From NCBI GenBank assembly GCA_964247135.1, contig CAXTTL010000020.1:1-34595 (forward strand): a stretch of DNA of 34,595 nt, given 5' to 3'. Shown here in pieces: positions 9,739 to 19,031 of the stretch. Below the pieces are notes generated by a model. It did not search any database. It worked only from the letters and a program-made list of their open reading frames with translations, and was not told where the DNA came from. Position numbers and translations under genes: made by a program. Every line of letters starts with the position of its first letter. Position 1 is the first letter of the stretch. Source of the stretch: an uncultured Deinococcales bacterium. Lineage in GTDB: Bacteria > Deinococcota > Deinococci > Deinococcales > JAAFIG01.

Positions 9739-10032
9739 TCATACTTGTTCCTTTTGCTTCTCAGGTTTGTTCATGCCAAACATAAAATCTTTAAAATGTG
9801 CTGGGTGCATATACATTCCATCTTCTTCAGCACTAAAAAGCGGATCAATATCCGCGTTCAAAATTTCCCATTCACCGTTTCGTATCTTCATGACCATATC
9901 GTTACTGAAAGCCATCTCGAGATTCGGAATTTGCGAGGTCAACTGATTTCCTAAAAATTCGACCAGTTGCAATTGTTCAGTGATTTTGAGTTGCCGAATT
10001 TCGTTTTGAATTTCTTCGAGTTTTAATGGCAT
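9739..10032 (-). CDS. Hypothetical protein, addiction-module antitoxin-like N-terminus
   Basis: LEEIQNEIRQLKITEQLQLVEFL helix pattern. The ORF is open from 10110, but ATG 10032 lies 6 nt after a TATTCT -10 box, so that start is preferred. Confidence 0.6.
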   Translation of the reverse strand: MPLKLEEIQNEIRQLKITEQLQLVEFLGNQLTSQIPNLEMAFSNDMVMKIRNGEWEILNADIDPLFSAEEDGMYMHPAHFKDFMFGMNKPEKQKEQV

Positions 10033-10106
10033 AGCTCGAGAATAGTATGCACGTTCAGGATCAAAGTCACTTGCAAAATTTGAGTTTGAAAACATGGTTT
10101 CGAGGT

Positions 10107-10388
10107 TCATGCTTCTTCCTCTAACTCGAGCCGAATCGTTTCATTCATTTCCCGTGAATGCGCCTCGAGATGCGCCAAAGAACCGTACAAGGCTGTCTCG
10201 AGAATGTCACGGTCTGGGTGATTGGCTGGCAATTGCTTTAAGGCTTTGATTAACTCGAGGTAATGCGCGGCTTCTTCGGCTAGTTCGTCCCACAAAGTAT
10301 TCTGACCTTCAAAGTGATGAGGCATGACCGCTTGTTCTATCGTTTGCGTTTCAGGCGTTCCTCGAGTCGAATTATTTCGTGTTGCCAT
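10107..10388 (-). CDS. Hypothetical acidic helical protein
   Basis: 93 aa ORF with GGAGG RBS, overlapping the 3' end of the 64 aa gene; co-oriented with the operon. Confidence 0.6.
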   Translation of the reverse strand: MATRNNSTRGTPETQTIEQAVMPHHFEGQNTLWDELAEEAAHYLELIKALKQLPANHPDRDILETALYGSLAHLEAHSREMNETIRLELEEEA

Positions 10389-10531
10389 GCCGTAGCCTCC
10401 TTTTCCCAGTGCATTATTAAACCGGTGTTGGGTTGTGGTTTGCTTCGTTCGAGCGCGATTTTCTCGAGGTGTTCTTGAAGTGGAATGCTCAGTCCTTTAA
10501 TGCGATTGCGAAGGTGTTTGTTTTCACCCAT
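10337..10531 (-). CDS. Small basic hypothetical protein
   Basis: 64 aa starting 3 nt after the Uma2 stop; EHLEKI...HWEKE helical hairpin with a basic tail. Confidence 0.6.
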   Translation of the reverse strand: MGENKHLRNRIKGLSIPLQEHLEKIALERSKPQPNTGLIMHWEKEATAWQHEIIRLEERLKRKR

Positions 10532-10534
10532 TGC

Positions 10535-11104
10535 TTAAATCCACCATCGAATGGGAACATCTTCAAACTTAAGCATCGTGGCGGTTTTTCCCTTGTCCAA
10601 AGTTTGTTTGCTGCGGTATTCATTGCCTTCTGGTTCGCGGTACATCTCGAGTTTTTCGGCTTTGGCATCCACCACCCAGTATTCTTTGATGCCTGCTTGG
10701 GCGTAACGTTGCAATTTAATGCCTTTGTCCGTCTCGAGCGTAGAATCACTGATTTCTATAACCAAGGCTGCTTCGGTTGGGTCTGGTACATTCCCAGAGT
10801 AACGCTCGAGTGGAATGATCGTGAAATCTGGTAGGGGTTTGGTGTTGCTGATCTCGAGTTTGATTGGTGTTTGTTGACTGACCCGCGCTTTGCCGTGTAA
10901 TGCCAAGAAAAGAACGTCATGTAGTTCCAAAAGCCATTTGTAATGCAAATCGTTCATTGGAGCAACCTCGAGAATCAAGCCATCAATCAATTCAACCCGT
11001 TGATCGGCAAAAATTCCTTCTTCGCACAATCGGTCAAAAGCGGCAATACTGAAGCGAAACAAGGCTGGCTCGAGTGCTTCATTGTGCTGGACGATTTGCG
11101 TCAT
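10535..11104 (-). CDS. Uma2 family (DUF820) PD-(D/E)XK endonuclease
   Basis: RVELIDG, PLPDF, VIEISDSTLETDKGIKLQRYAQAGIKEYWVVD; start MTQ at 11104 by ATGA overlap. Confidence 0.92.
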   Translation of the reverse strand: MTQIVQHNEALEPALFRFSIAAFDRLCEEGIFADQRVELIDGLILEVAPMNDLHYKWLLELHDVLFLALHGKARVSQQTPIKLEISNTKPLPDFTIIPLERYSGNVPDPTEAALVIEISDSTLETDKGIKLQRYAQAGIKEYWVVDAKAEKLEMYREPEGNEYRSKQTLDKGKTATMLKFEDVPIRWWI

Positions 11105-11676
11105 GTCCACCATTCCAAACTTACTTCAGGAAACTCGAGCGGCGTGATGGGTTGTCCTTTTGAAAGCGTAAATTTGGTGTTGTACGTGTCATTTTCTCTG
11201 TCGCGGTACACCTCGAGTTGTCCTGCTTGAACGTTCAAAATCCAATACTCGAGCACTCCATTTCGGGCGTACAGTTTTTGTTTGTAGCTTCGGTCATCCG
11301 ATAGCGTGCTGTCGCTGATTTCAATGGCAATGCTGATCTCGTCTGAACGAACCACCCGTGGTTGGTAACGCTCGAGCGGTGTGATTGTAAAATCTGGGAC
11401 GGGCATGTAAAAATCTTCGATCAAGCGCATGGTTTGTTGTGGGATCACCCTGGCTTTGCCATGAAAGGCGAGCACAAGGCGCTCTGTCAGCGAACCCGTC
11501 CAAGTGCTGTGTCCGTCGCCGTCCGCGTTCATGTCGATGATCTCCCCATCCAGCAATTCCACTTTGCGTCCGTACAACACACTTGTTTTGCCCATTTGCT
11601 CAAATTCTTGCACGGTGAACCGATGCCGCCGCTCGAGCGGGGCTTGTGTTTGGTTTTGGTTGACCAGTTGCGTCAT
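11101..11676 (-). CDS. Uma2 family (DUF820) PD-(D/E)XK endonuclease
   Basis: KVELLDGEI, PVPDF, IEISDSTLSDDRSYKQKLYARNGVLEYWILN; GAGGTG RBS. Confidence 0.92.
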   Translation of the reverse strand: MTQLVNQNQTQAPLERRHRFTVQEFEQMGKTSVLYGRKVELLDGEIIDMNADGDGHSTWTGSLTERLVLAFHGKARVIPQQTMRLIEDFYMPVPDFTITPLERYQPRVVRSDEISIAIEISDSTLSDDRSYKQKLYARNGVLEYWILNVQAGQLEVYRDRENDTYNTKFTLSKGQPITPLEFPEVSLEWWT

Positions 11677-11699
11677 GGGTTCACCTCAAATCTCGAGTT

Positions 11700-13058
11700 T
11701 TATTCGTCGTTCCAACGGTTGGCGTAGCCCGTGTACATGGGTTTGCCATTTTGCGCCATGTATTCAAATTCTTCTTTGAATAGGTTGTAGGCACTCTGCA
11801 CGGGCATGATGCACGAATCTGCCAGCAAGCAGAACGCTTTGCCTTTGATGTTCCCGAACAAATCCTCGAGAATTTTGACATCGTTTGGGTCGCCCCGTCC
11901 CGAAATCAGTTTTTGCATCAATCGCACCATCCACGTGCCGATTCCTTCGCGGCACGGGGTGCATTTGCCGCAAGATTCGTGGGCGTAAAAGCGCACGTAG
12001 TTGTACATCATGTTAACGATATCGCAATTTTTTGGGATCAAAATAATCCCGCCTGTCCCAAGGAAAGTTCCTTTTGCAGCGCAGTTCTCGTAATCGGCTT
12101 GCATGTCAAGAATCTCGTCGGTGAACGGCAGCATTGGGGTGCTCGAGCCGCCTGGGTTGAAGGCTTTGATTTCTTCGGTTGGTCCGCCGCCCCAGGTGTA
12201 AATGATTTCGCGGTAGGTCGTGCCGAGCGGCAGCTCAAACACGCCTGGGCGTTTGACAGGTCCTGAAATGTGGAATAGAAAATTGCCTTTGGATTTTTCA
12301 GTTCCCATGCTGGCAAACCAGTCTGCACCGTGTCGCATAATCAAGGCACCCGAGGCGATACTGACCACGTTGTTGACCGTGGTTGGCATTCCAAAAATTC
12401 CGGCTTGCGCTGGAAATGGCGGTTTCAAACGCGGGTTGGCGCGAAGTCCCTCGAGCGAGTTCATGAGGGCGGTTTCTTCGCCGCAAATGTACGCGCCCGC
12501 ACCACGGTGAACGAAGACTTGCATGGGCTTCCCAAAACTCAATGCGTTCTCGCCCAGAATTCCTGCGGCTCGAGCTTCGGTAATCGCACTCTCGAGGCGC
12601 TCGGCTGCCAGAATGTACTCACCGCGAATGTAGATGTAACCAACGTTGGCGCGGATGGCGTGCATTCCGACCAGCATTCCCTCAACGAGTTGATGCGGGT
12701 CGTGTTCCATCAGGTAACGGTCTTTGTAGGTGCCTGGTTCTGACTCGTCGGCGTTGCAGACCAAGTAATGCGGTTTGCCGTCCTCTTTGGGCATGAACGA
12801 CCATTTGACACCCGTTGGAAATCCTGCGCCGCCGCGACCTCGCAAACCAGATTTTTTGGTTTCGTCTTGCACTTGCTCGGGTGTGAGTGCCAAAGCTTTT
12901 TTCGCGCCTTCGTAAGCCCCATTTTTCAGGGCGTACTCGAGCGTCCACGAATTGGGAACGCCAACGTGTTCGTAAAGACGCGGTTTAAATCGTGGGTCAA
13001 GTCCGCTCGTGATGCTCTTGGGTTTTTCTGGCGCGGTGTTCTCGAGAATGGCGGTCAT
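11700..13058 (-). CDS. nuoF: NADH-quinone oxidoreductase subunit F
   Basis: [35 protein letters not shown] and [12 protein letters not shown] motifs. Confidence 0.98.
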   Translation of the reverse strand: MTAILENTAPEKPKSITSGLDPRFKPRLYEHVGVPNSWTLEYALKNGAYEGAKKALALTPEQVQDETKKSGLRGRGGAGFPTGVKWSFMPKEDGKPHYLVCNADESEPGTYKDRYLMEHDPHQLVEGMLVGMHAIRANVGYIYIRGEYILAAERLESAITEARAAGILGENALSFGKPMQVFVHRGAGAYICGEETALMNSLEGLRANPRLKPPFPAQAGIFGMPTTVNNVVSIASGALIMRHGADWFASMGTEKSKGNFLFHISGPVKRPGVFELPLGTTYREIIYTWGGGPTEEIKAFNPGGSSTPMLPFTDEILDMQADYENCAAKGTFLGTGGIILIPKNCDIVNMMYNYVRFYAHESCGKCTPCREGIGTWMVRLMQKLISGRGDPNDVKILEDLFGNIKGKAFCLLADSCIMPVQSAYNLFKEEFEYMAQNGKPMYTGYANRWNDE

Positions 13059-13648
13059 GCGTTCCCCCCTACAACTTGTTCATCTGCTGTAACCTGCACC
13101 ACACGACCTTCGAGGTATTTCACAAAAACTGGGCTTAGGATGTCGTTCGCTGGAATACTGCCATCGCCGCGCCGTTTCAGTTCCTCGAGCAGCGCGTCGG
13201 TGCGTTTTTTGGTCAGGCATTCGGCATAGCCAGCGTCGGAAATTTGCATTAACGGGGCTGTGCCACACGAACCCAAGCATTCGACGCGTTGCAAGCTGAA
13301 CAAACCGTCAGGTGTGACTTCGCCTTGGGCAATCTCGAGTTTGTCTTGCAAGTAATCCCAGAGTTGGTCGCTGCCCGCCAGAGCGCACGATAAGGTCATG
13401 CAGACTTGCAAGTGGTATTTGCCTGTGGGGATGCTCGAGTAGGTACTGTAAAAACTCATGACGCTAGCAACTTCGGTGGCGGTGCTTTCGATGATGCCTG
13501 CGATTTCTGCAATGCGTTCGTCGGAAACATAACCTTCCGCGTTTTGCACTTCACGAAGTAGCGGCATGACCGCGCTGCGTTTGCGGTCGGTGGGGTATCT
13601 CGAGAGGATATCAGAAACCAGATTTTGTTTATTGGCGAAAAAGTTCAC
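13055..13648 (-). CDS. nuoE: NADH-quinone oxidoreductase subunit E
   Basis: CMTLSC and ECLGSC [2Fe-2S] ligands; GGAGG RBS with GTG start. Confidence 0.96.
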   Translation of the reverse strand: MNFFANKQNLVSDILSRYPTDRKRSAVMPLLREVQNAEGYVSDERIAEIAGIIESTATEVASVMSFYSTYSSIPTGKYHLQVCMTLSCALAGSDQLWDYLQDKLEIAQGEVTPDGLFSLQRVECLGSCGTAPLMQISDAGYAECLTKKRTDALLEELKRRGDGSIPANDILSPVFVKYLEGRVVQVTADEQVVGGNA

Positions 13649-13742
13649 GGATTAACCTCCAAAGAATTGATAAACCTGGAATACTGTCGAATAGACTGTC
13701 AAGAATAGTGCTTGGGTCTGCTTGCATTTCGAAACCTCTTTT

Positions 13743-14189
13743 CTAAATTTGTAAACTCGAGAGAGCATTTTTATGATCGTGTATTTTCATGTTTTGATCT
13801 CCTCGAGCCAGCAAGTAAATACTGCGAATAGTAAAAATACTGATTAAAAAGGTGATTGTAAAGTACAAAATATAAGGTGTTTCAAAGTTTCCAAGTTGGG
13901 TATCTAAAAGCAAACCTGCTACGAAATACAAGTTTTCAGTCAAAATACCTAAAAGCATAAATATATAAATTGTTTTGTAGCGAATTTGATGTTGATTCCA
14001 GATTGAGGACATCAGTGCATATGCGCCAAAAATGCCTAGAACAACCATAGAACTCATAAATACACTAAATTGTTTATTGAGCGCAGATACAGAAAAATCC
14101 CAGATCAGCCAAAGGGAATAAACCAGTGCTGGTAAAACGCCAAAAATTATCTCGAGCCAACGCACTGGAGTGAAGGAATTGGTTGGCAT
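13743..14189 (-). CDS. Hypothetical 4-TM membrane protein
   Basis: Four hydrophobic stretches; AT-rich; start uncertain (GTG 14213 or ATG 14189). Confidence 0.65.
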   Translation of the reverse strand: MPTNSFTPVRWLEIIFGVLPALVYSLWLIWDFSVSALNKQFSVFMSSMVVLGIFGAYALMSSIWNQHQIRYKTIYIFMLLGILTENLYFVAGLLLDTQLGNFETPYILYFTITFLISIFTIRSIYLLARGDQNMKIHDHKNALSSLQI

Positions 14190-14203
14190 TGCTCGAGATA
14201 TGT

Positions 14204-14767
14204 TCACCACCACCTAATCTGAGCATCTGGAAACTCGAGTGGTGCAACTTTCTGCCCTTGGCTGTACTTGTGAATCAGGGTGTACTCGTTTCCAACAGGT
14301 TGTTGATACACTTCGAGGCTGTAAAGTTCATTGGTGGCGTTGATAATCCAGACCTCTTGAATGCCGCTTTGGGCGTATTTTGGTAATTTCACGTGTCGGT
14401 CATGGTCAAGCGTAGATTTGCTGACTTCGATAAAGAGCAAGGCGTCTTCTAGAGTACCTTTGCGTTTATGATAGTAATCTTCGCGGTACTCGAGGATGAT
14501 AAAATCGGGTTCGGGTTCGGTGGTGTCGCTGAGTTCAACGGGAACTTGACTGATGGGAACAGCTTTTTCGTAAAGCTTGACACTGAATTCGGTGGTCAGT
14601 CTGGCAAGAATTCCGTAATGTTCGGGTCCCATCGGCGGCATAATGTAGACCTTTCCGTCAATCAATTCAGTCCGAACTTCTTCTGGAAATACGCCAGCTT
14701 GAATCATTTTGTGATAGTCATTCACGCTGTACAGCGCGACTTGCGGCTCTTCTACGATTTGAGTCAT
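14204..14767 (-). CDS. Uma2 family (DUF820) PD-(D/E)XK endonuclease
   Basis: RTELIDG, PMGPEH, EPEPDF, IEVSKSTLDHDRHVKLPKYAQSGIQEVWIIN. Confidence 0.93.
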   Translation of the reverse strand: MTQIVEEPQVALYSVNDYHKMIQAGVFPEEVRTELIDGKVYIMPPMGPEHYGILARLTTEFSVKLYEKAVPISQVPVELSDTTEPEPDFIILEYREDYYHKRKGTLEDALLFIEVSKSTLDHDRHVKLPKYAQSGIQEVWIINATNELYSLEVYQQPVGNEYTLIHKYSQGQKVAPLEFPDAQIRWW

Positions 14768-14800
14768 GGCATTTCACCTCAGCGTTCGGTATCTTGGGTT

Positions 14801-16090
14801 TTACCTGTCCACGTCGCCCATCACAGGGTCAAGGCTGGCAATCACGGTGATCAAATCGGCGAACAACCCACCAATCCCGAGTCTCGAGAGCACTTGAAGG
14901 TTAACAAAGCTCGGGCTGCGGAAGTGAATGCGGTACGGCATACTGCCACCATCTGAGATGATGAAGCAGCCCAGTTCACCTCGAGCGCTTTCGGTTGGCA
15001 CGTAAGCTTCACCTTTGGCGGGGTGATAACCTTCGGTGACGAGTTTGAAGTGGTGAATCACGGCTTCCATGCTGGTCTCGAGTTCGGATCGTGGCGGCAG
15101 GCTGATCTTGCGGTTTGGGTCTTGAATCGGTCCTGGTTTGAGTTTGGTCAGCGCTTGACGGCAGATTTTGGCGCTTTCGCGCATTTCTTCGACGCGAACC
15201 ACGAAACGGTCAAAGCAATCGCCGTTGGTGCGGATTGGCACGTTAAAGTCGTATTGGTCGTAACCCGCGTATGGCGTGGTTTTGCGGTGATCGAGTTTGA
15301 CCCCGCTGGCGCGAAGATTCGGTCCAGTCACGCCGAGGTCAATTGCCATTTCTTGAGTCAGAACACCAACGTTTTTGCTGCGCTCGAGGAAGATCGGGTT
15401 GCCTTGGAAGAGGTTTTGGTATTCGTCCACTTTGGCGTCAAAGCCGTCAAGGAATGTTTTGCAAGCCGCCTCAAAGCCGTCTGGCAGGTCGCGGTCCACG
15501 CCTCCAACACGGAAGTAACTTTGGTGCAGGCGTTGTCCACCAACCATCTCGAGCAGGTCAAGAATTGCTTCGCGTTCGTGAAAGGTGTAAAAAAATGGGG
15601 TTAACGCGCCCAAATCAAGCATTCCCGTTCCCAAGAAAACCAGGTGGCTCGAGATTCGGTTGAGTTCGACCATCAGGATGCGAATGTGCATGGCGCGTTC
15701 GGGAACGACGGCTTCGGTCAGTTGTTCGACGGGCAGCGCGTAAGCCAGTTCGTAAGCAAGTCCGTGCAAATAATCCATGCGCGGCGCGAAAGTAAAATTC
15801 TGGCTGTACGTGCGATTTTCCATCGTTTTTTCAAAACCGGTGTGCAAGTAACCAATGTGCGGTACAACCTTCTTGACGTTTTCGCCTTCCATGTCCACAA
15901 CCACGCGCAGCACGCCGTGGGTGCTGGGGTGTTGCGGTCCAACGTTTAAACTCATGGTTTCGGTGTGCAGCAAACCACTGCCGCCCACCAAGCTCGAGCG
16001 TTCTTGTGGGACAATCACTTCGGCTCGGGTCTCGAGTTTGACTGGGGGCGCGGCTTTGGTTTTCTTGGATTTTGTGTTCGGCTGCGTCAT
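14801..16090 (-). CDS. nuoD: NADH-quinone oxidoreductase subunit D
   Basis: [31 protein letters not shown] and DPVMGDVDR motifs. Confidence 0.98.
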   Translation of the reverse strand: MTQPNTKSKKTKAAPPVKLETRAEVIVPQERSSLVGGSGLLHTETMSLNVGPQHPSTHGVLRVVVDMEGENVKKVVPHIGYLHTGFEKTMENRTYSQNFTFAPRMDYLHGLAYELAYALPVEQLTEAVVPERAMHIRILMVELNRISSHLVFLGTGMLDLGALTPFFYTFHEREAILDLLEMVGGQRLHQSYFRVGGVDRDLPDGFEAACKTFLDGFDAKVDEYQNLFQGNPIFLERSKNVGVLTQEMAIDLGVTGPNLRASGVKLDHRKTTPYAGYDQYDFNVPIRTNGDCFDRFVVRVEEMRESAKICRQALTKLKPGPIQDPNRKISLPPRSELETSMEAVIHHFKLVTEGYHPAKGEAYVPTESARGELGCFIISDGGSMPYRIHFRSPSFVNLQVLSRLGIGGLFADLITVIASLDPVMGDVDR

Positions 16091-16713
16091 TTCTGACCTC
16101 CCAATCCCCTGGATTCTTTGTTGGCTTCGGTCGGCAGTTTTGGCACGAGGCTCGAGTCGATGCGCGCGCCACCGCGATAGCCGGACAAGCCTGAGTCTTT
16201 GCCGCTTAAACCTGCGCGGAAGGCGGCAGGGTCAATGAAGCGTCCCTCACGAAAAAGGGTCGGGGTTTCACCGAGCGGGAAGTCTTTGCGCAGCGGGTGT
16301 CCGTCCAAATCTTCTGGGGTCAGGATTTTGCGCAGGTCTGGGTGTCCTTCAAACTCGAGTCCGAACAAATCAAAAGTTTCGCGTTCGTGCCAGTCGGCGG
16401 TGCCCCACAAGTCGGTCACGGATGGCACTTTTTCGCCGTCGGGAACGAACATGCGCACCAGCAAGCGTTCACCCGTGACAGGCTCGAGCAGGTTGTAAAT
16501 GACCGCAAAACGTTCGGGCATGAAGGTGGTGAACTCGAGGTAATCGACGCCCGTCAAATCGGCGAGCATTTTGAAACCGGCGGCTTTGCATTCAAACAAA
16601 AAGGCTTTGAAGGTGTCCCTGGCGGCGTTCACGGTTTTGAAGGGCGTGTGGGCGCTCGAGATGACCTCGTAACCGCGTTCGGTGGCAAGTTCTAAGGCTT
16701 TGGTCAGGCTCAT
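16087..16713 (-). CDS. nuoC: NADH-quinone oxidoreductase subunit C
   Basis: [38 protein letters not shown] overlap with the nuoB stop. Confidence 0.96.
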   Translation of the reverse strand: MSLTKALELATERGYEVISSAHTPFKTVNAARDTFKAFLFECKAAGFKMLADLTGVDYLEFTTFMPERFAVIYNLLEPVTGERLLVRMFVPDGEKVPSVTDLWGTADWHERETFDLFGLEFEGHPDLRKILTPEDLDGHPLRKDFPLGETPTLFREGRFIDPAAFRAGLSGKDSGLSGYRGGARIDSSLVPKLPTEANKESRGLGGQK

Positions 16714-17249
16714 CGTGTCCACGCTTCCACCATTGGGAGTGCAATGCCCTCGTCGCCGAAGGCTTCGCCACGGATTTTCTTTTGCAGTTGCATCACACCG
16801 TAAATCAAGCCTTCAGGGCGCGGTGGGCAACCTGGCACGAAAATGTCCACTGGCACAACGCTGTCCACGTTTTGGACAATCGCGTAATTGTTGAACATCC
16901 CGCCGCTCGAGGCGCAGGCGCCCATGCTGATGACCCATTTCGGGTCTGGCATTTGGTCGTAGACGCGGCGCATGACTGGAGCCATTTTTTTGCTCAACCG
17001 TCCCGCCACAATCAAAACGTCGGCTTGGCGTGGGCTGGCGCGGAAGACCTCAGAGCCGAACCTGGCGAGGTCATTGCGGGCGTCGGTACTCGCCATCATT
17101 TCGATGGCGCAACAGGCAAGCCCGAAGGTCATGGGCCACACCGAGTTGCTGCGTCCCCATGCCACGAGTTTCTCGAGGCTGGAAAAAAGAATGCCTTCGT
17201 TTTCGAGTTCTTGAACGTCTTTTTCAAATAGGTCTGCGAGGCTTGGCAT
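16710..17249 (-). CDS. nuoB: NADH-quinone oxidoreductase subunit B
   Basis: [26 protein letters not shown] and PGCPPRPE motifs. Confidence 0.98.
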   Translation of the reverse strand: MPSLADLFEKDVQELENEGILFSSLEKLVAWGRSNSVWPMTFGLACCAIEMMASTDARNDLARFGSEVFRASPRQADVLIVAGRLSKKMAPVMRRVYDQMPDPKWVISMGACASSGGMFNNYAIVQNVDSVVPVDIFVPGCPPRPEGLIYGVMQLQKKIRGEAFGDEGIALPMVEAWTR

Positions 17250-17268
17250 GATGATTTCTCCTAATTCT

Positions 17269-17622
17269 TTACTTCCACTCGAGGACGCCTTTTTTCAGGA
17301 TGTAAAAGTAACCGACGGCGACCAGCACGACAAATGCCAGGGCTTCCCAGAAGGCAAACGAGCCGAGTTTGTTAAAACTGACCGCCAATGGGTAAAAGAA
17401 CGCGGTTTCGATGTCGAAGATGATGAACAGCATGGCGACCAAATAAAAGTGAACGGGGAAGCGCTCTCTGGCGGTGCCGATGGGGTCGTTGCCGCTTTCG
17501 TATGCCATTAACTTGGTGCGGCTGGGTTTTTTAGGTCCAAGAACTGCGCCGACAATCAGGGCGAGCACGCCGATACCGCCGGCGACGAGGAACATGATAA
17601 AAACGTGGAGAAATTCGTTCAT
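17269..17622 (-). CDS. nuoA: NADH-quinone oxidoreductase subunit A
   Basis: [19 protein letters not shown] and KKGVLEW motifs. Confidence 0.97.
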   Translation of the reverse strand: MNEFLHVFIMFLVAGGIGVLALIVGAVLGPKKPSRTKLMAYESGNDPIGTARERFPVHFYLVAMLFIIFDIETAFFYPLAVSFNKLGSFAFWEALAFVVLVAVGYFYILKKGVLEWK

Positions 17623-17656
17623 GGTTTCCTTCCATGCTCGAGGGTCAAACTCGAGC

Positions 17657-17683
17657 TAGTGCGAACTTTCACGAGAGAGTTTA
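17657..17683 (-). promoter_or_regulatory. Putative nuo promoter -10 (TAAACT, 17678-17683) with adjacent Rex-like operator (17657-17674)
   Basis: Minus strand TCGTGAA-AGTT-CGCACTA matches 10/14 positions of TTGTGAA-N4-TTCACAA and lies over the expected transcription start. Confidence 0.5.
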
Positions 17684-17777
17684 CAACAAAAGGCTGCATA
17701 CCAACAAATTTAACACTTTCGAGTGGGGGTTTTACAGTCCCTCGAGCTACAAAAAGACCACTCCCGACGGTCATGCC

Positions 17778-18161
17778 CTAAATCCAGGGATGGGGCAGCA
17801 ATTCATGCAAGGGTTTGACCAAATCTTTGCCCAAAATAACCAGCGCATCGCGGTTGGCGGCGTTCAGTTGCCACATCATTTCGCGGCAACGACCACAGGG
17901 TGGTATGACTTCGCCGTTCCACAAGACCGCCACCACGTACAAAATCCGCGATTCGTGATGCTTGAGCATGTCCGCCACCGCCGCATGTTCGGCACAAAAC
18001 CCCATGCTGCAAGCAAAATCCACGCAAACGCCCGTATAATGCTTGCCCGAATCGGATACGATCAAGGCTGCAACCCCACCCGCCTCGCAATGTTCACTGG
18101 TTTTGATCGGGCGGGCAAACTGGGCAGCTTGGGCGATCAACTCAGCAATATTTTGATTCAT
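17778..18161 (-). CDS. Cytidine deaminase family protein
   Basis: FCAEHAA and PPCGRCRE zinc motifs. Confidence 0.88.
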   Translation of the reverse strand: MNQNIAELIAQAAQFARPIKTSEHCEAGGVAALIVSDSGKHYTGVCVDFACSMGFCAEHAAVADMLKHHESRILYVVAVLWNGEVIPPCGRCREMMWQLNAANRDALVILGKDLVKPLHELLPHPWI

Positions 18162-18216
18162 ACCTCGAGTTTACCGCTCGATTCACGAGGGTCAATCCGC
18201 AAAATGGCTGAATTTT

Positions 18217-18885
18217 CTAGCCTTCAATGCTCGAGCGCAACGGTTCGATGCCTGGGATTAATCCTTCACGCCAAACCTCTAAGAGCGCATCGACCACGCG
18301 CGGATCAAAATGGCGTCCGCGCTCCGCAATCAAAGCGTTGGCAATCTCGAGTGACGTTTTACGTTTGCTGTACACCCGTCCTTGGGTCATGACATCAAAA
18401 GCGTCAGCCAGCGCCACAATGCGTGCGGAAAGGGCAATATCTTGATCGCGCAAACCATCGGGATAACCCTTGCCATCCCAGCGCTCATGGTGCGAACGGG
18501 CGACCTGTGCGTAACGCTCCAAACCTGGCACGGAGAGCAAAAACTCTTGTCCAAGTTCGGTGTGGTTGCGCACCGTTGCCATTTCGTGATGCTCGAGTTT
18601 CTTGGGTTTGGACAAAATTGCCAGGTTGACCGCAATCTTTCCGATGTCGTGCAGCAATCCCGCCAACCGCAAACGCTCGAGTTCTTCTTGCAGCAAACCC
18701 AAAGCCCGTCCGATCACCAGCGCGTATTTGGCAACCCGTTCGGAGTGCTGATAAGTTTCGAGGTCTTTCTGGTGCAGGTTGCGGAGCACAAAACCTGCCA
18801 CGGCAGAATCCATGACAGAATCGGACAACTCCGTACCGTTGACATTCCAGATTGCGTTGGTGTTATCGGCGCTCAAGGTTTGCAT
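18217..18885 (-). CDS. Stand-alone HD-GYP domain protein (cyclic dinucleotide phosphodiesterase family)
   Basis: HSERVA, LLHDIGK, HHERWDGKGYPDGL and ADAFD motifs. Confidence 0.92.
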   Translation of the reverse strand: MQTLSADNTNAIWNVNGTELSDSVMDSAVAGFVLRNLHQKDLETYQHSERVAKYALVIGRALGLLQEELERLRLAGLLHDIGKIAVNLAILSKPKKLEHHEMATVRNHTELGQEFLLSVPGLERYAQVARSHHERWDGKGYPDGLRDQDIALSARIVALADAFDVMTQGRVYSKRKTSLEIANALIAERGRHFDPRVVDALLEVWREGLIPGIEPLRSSIEG

Positions 18886-19031
18886 TCTAACTGTATTTTT
18901 ACCTCAAAAAGTCTCACGCAATTCTTACAGTTATAAAAATGAAGGAAGGTTAAGAAAAGTCAGAAGATTGAAATCCAGCGTACAAACTTCAGAAAATCCT
19001 CGATCAAGCCAAATCGGGTACGATGCTGCCC

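Noticed and set aside
9632-9742. 36-codon ORF (MNISSNQPP...) coupled to the upstream stop
   Set aside because: Very short, runs into the AT-rich boundary and has no motif; at most a remnant, covered under the junction-repeat finding.
2290-14800. Integron cassette array or prophage/IS within nuo
   Set aside because: No integrase or transposase, no recognisable attC pairs or terminal repeats; most intergenic gaps are too short or the genes overlap.
17634-18392. 252 aa plus-strand ORF and the many other overlapping ORFs in the track
   Set aside because: Antisense or out-of-frame shadows of well-supported genes, with no recognisable motifs.
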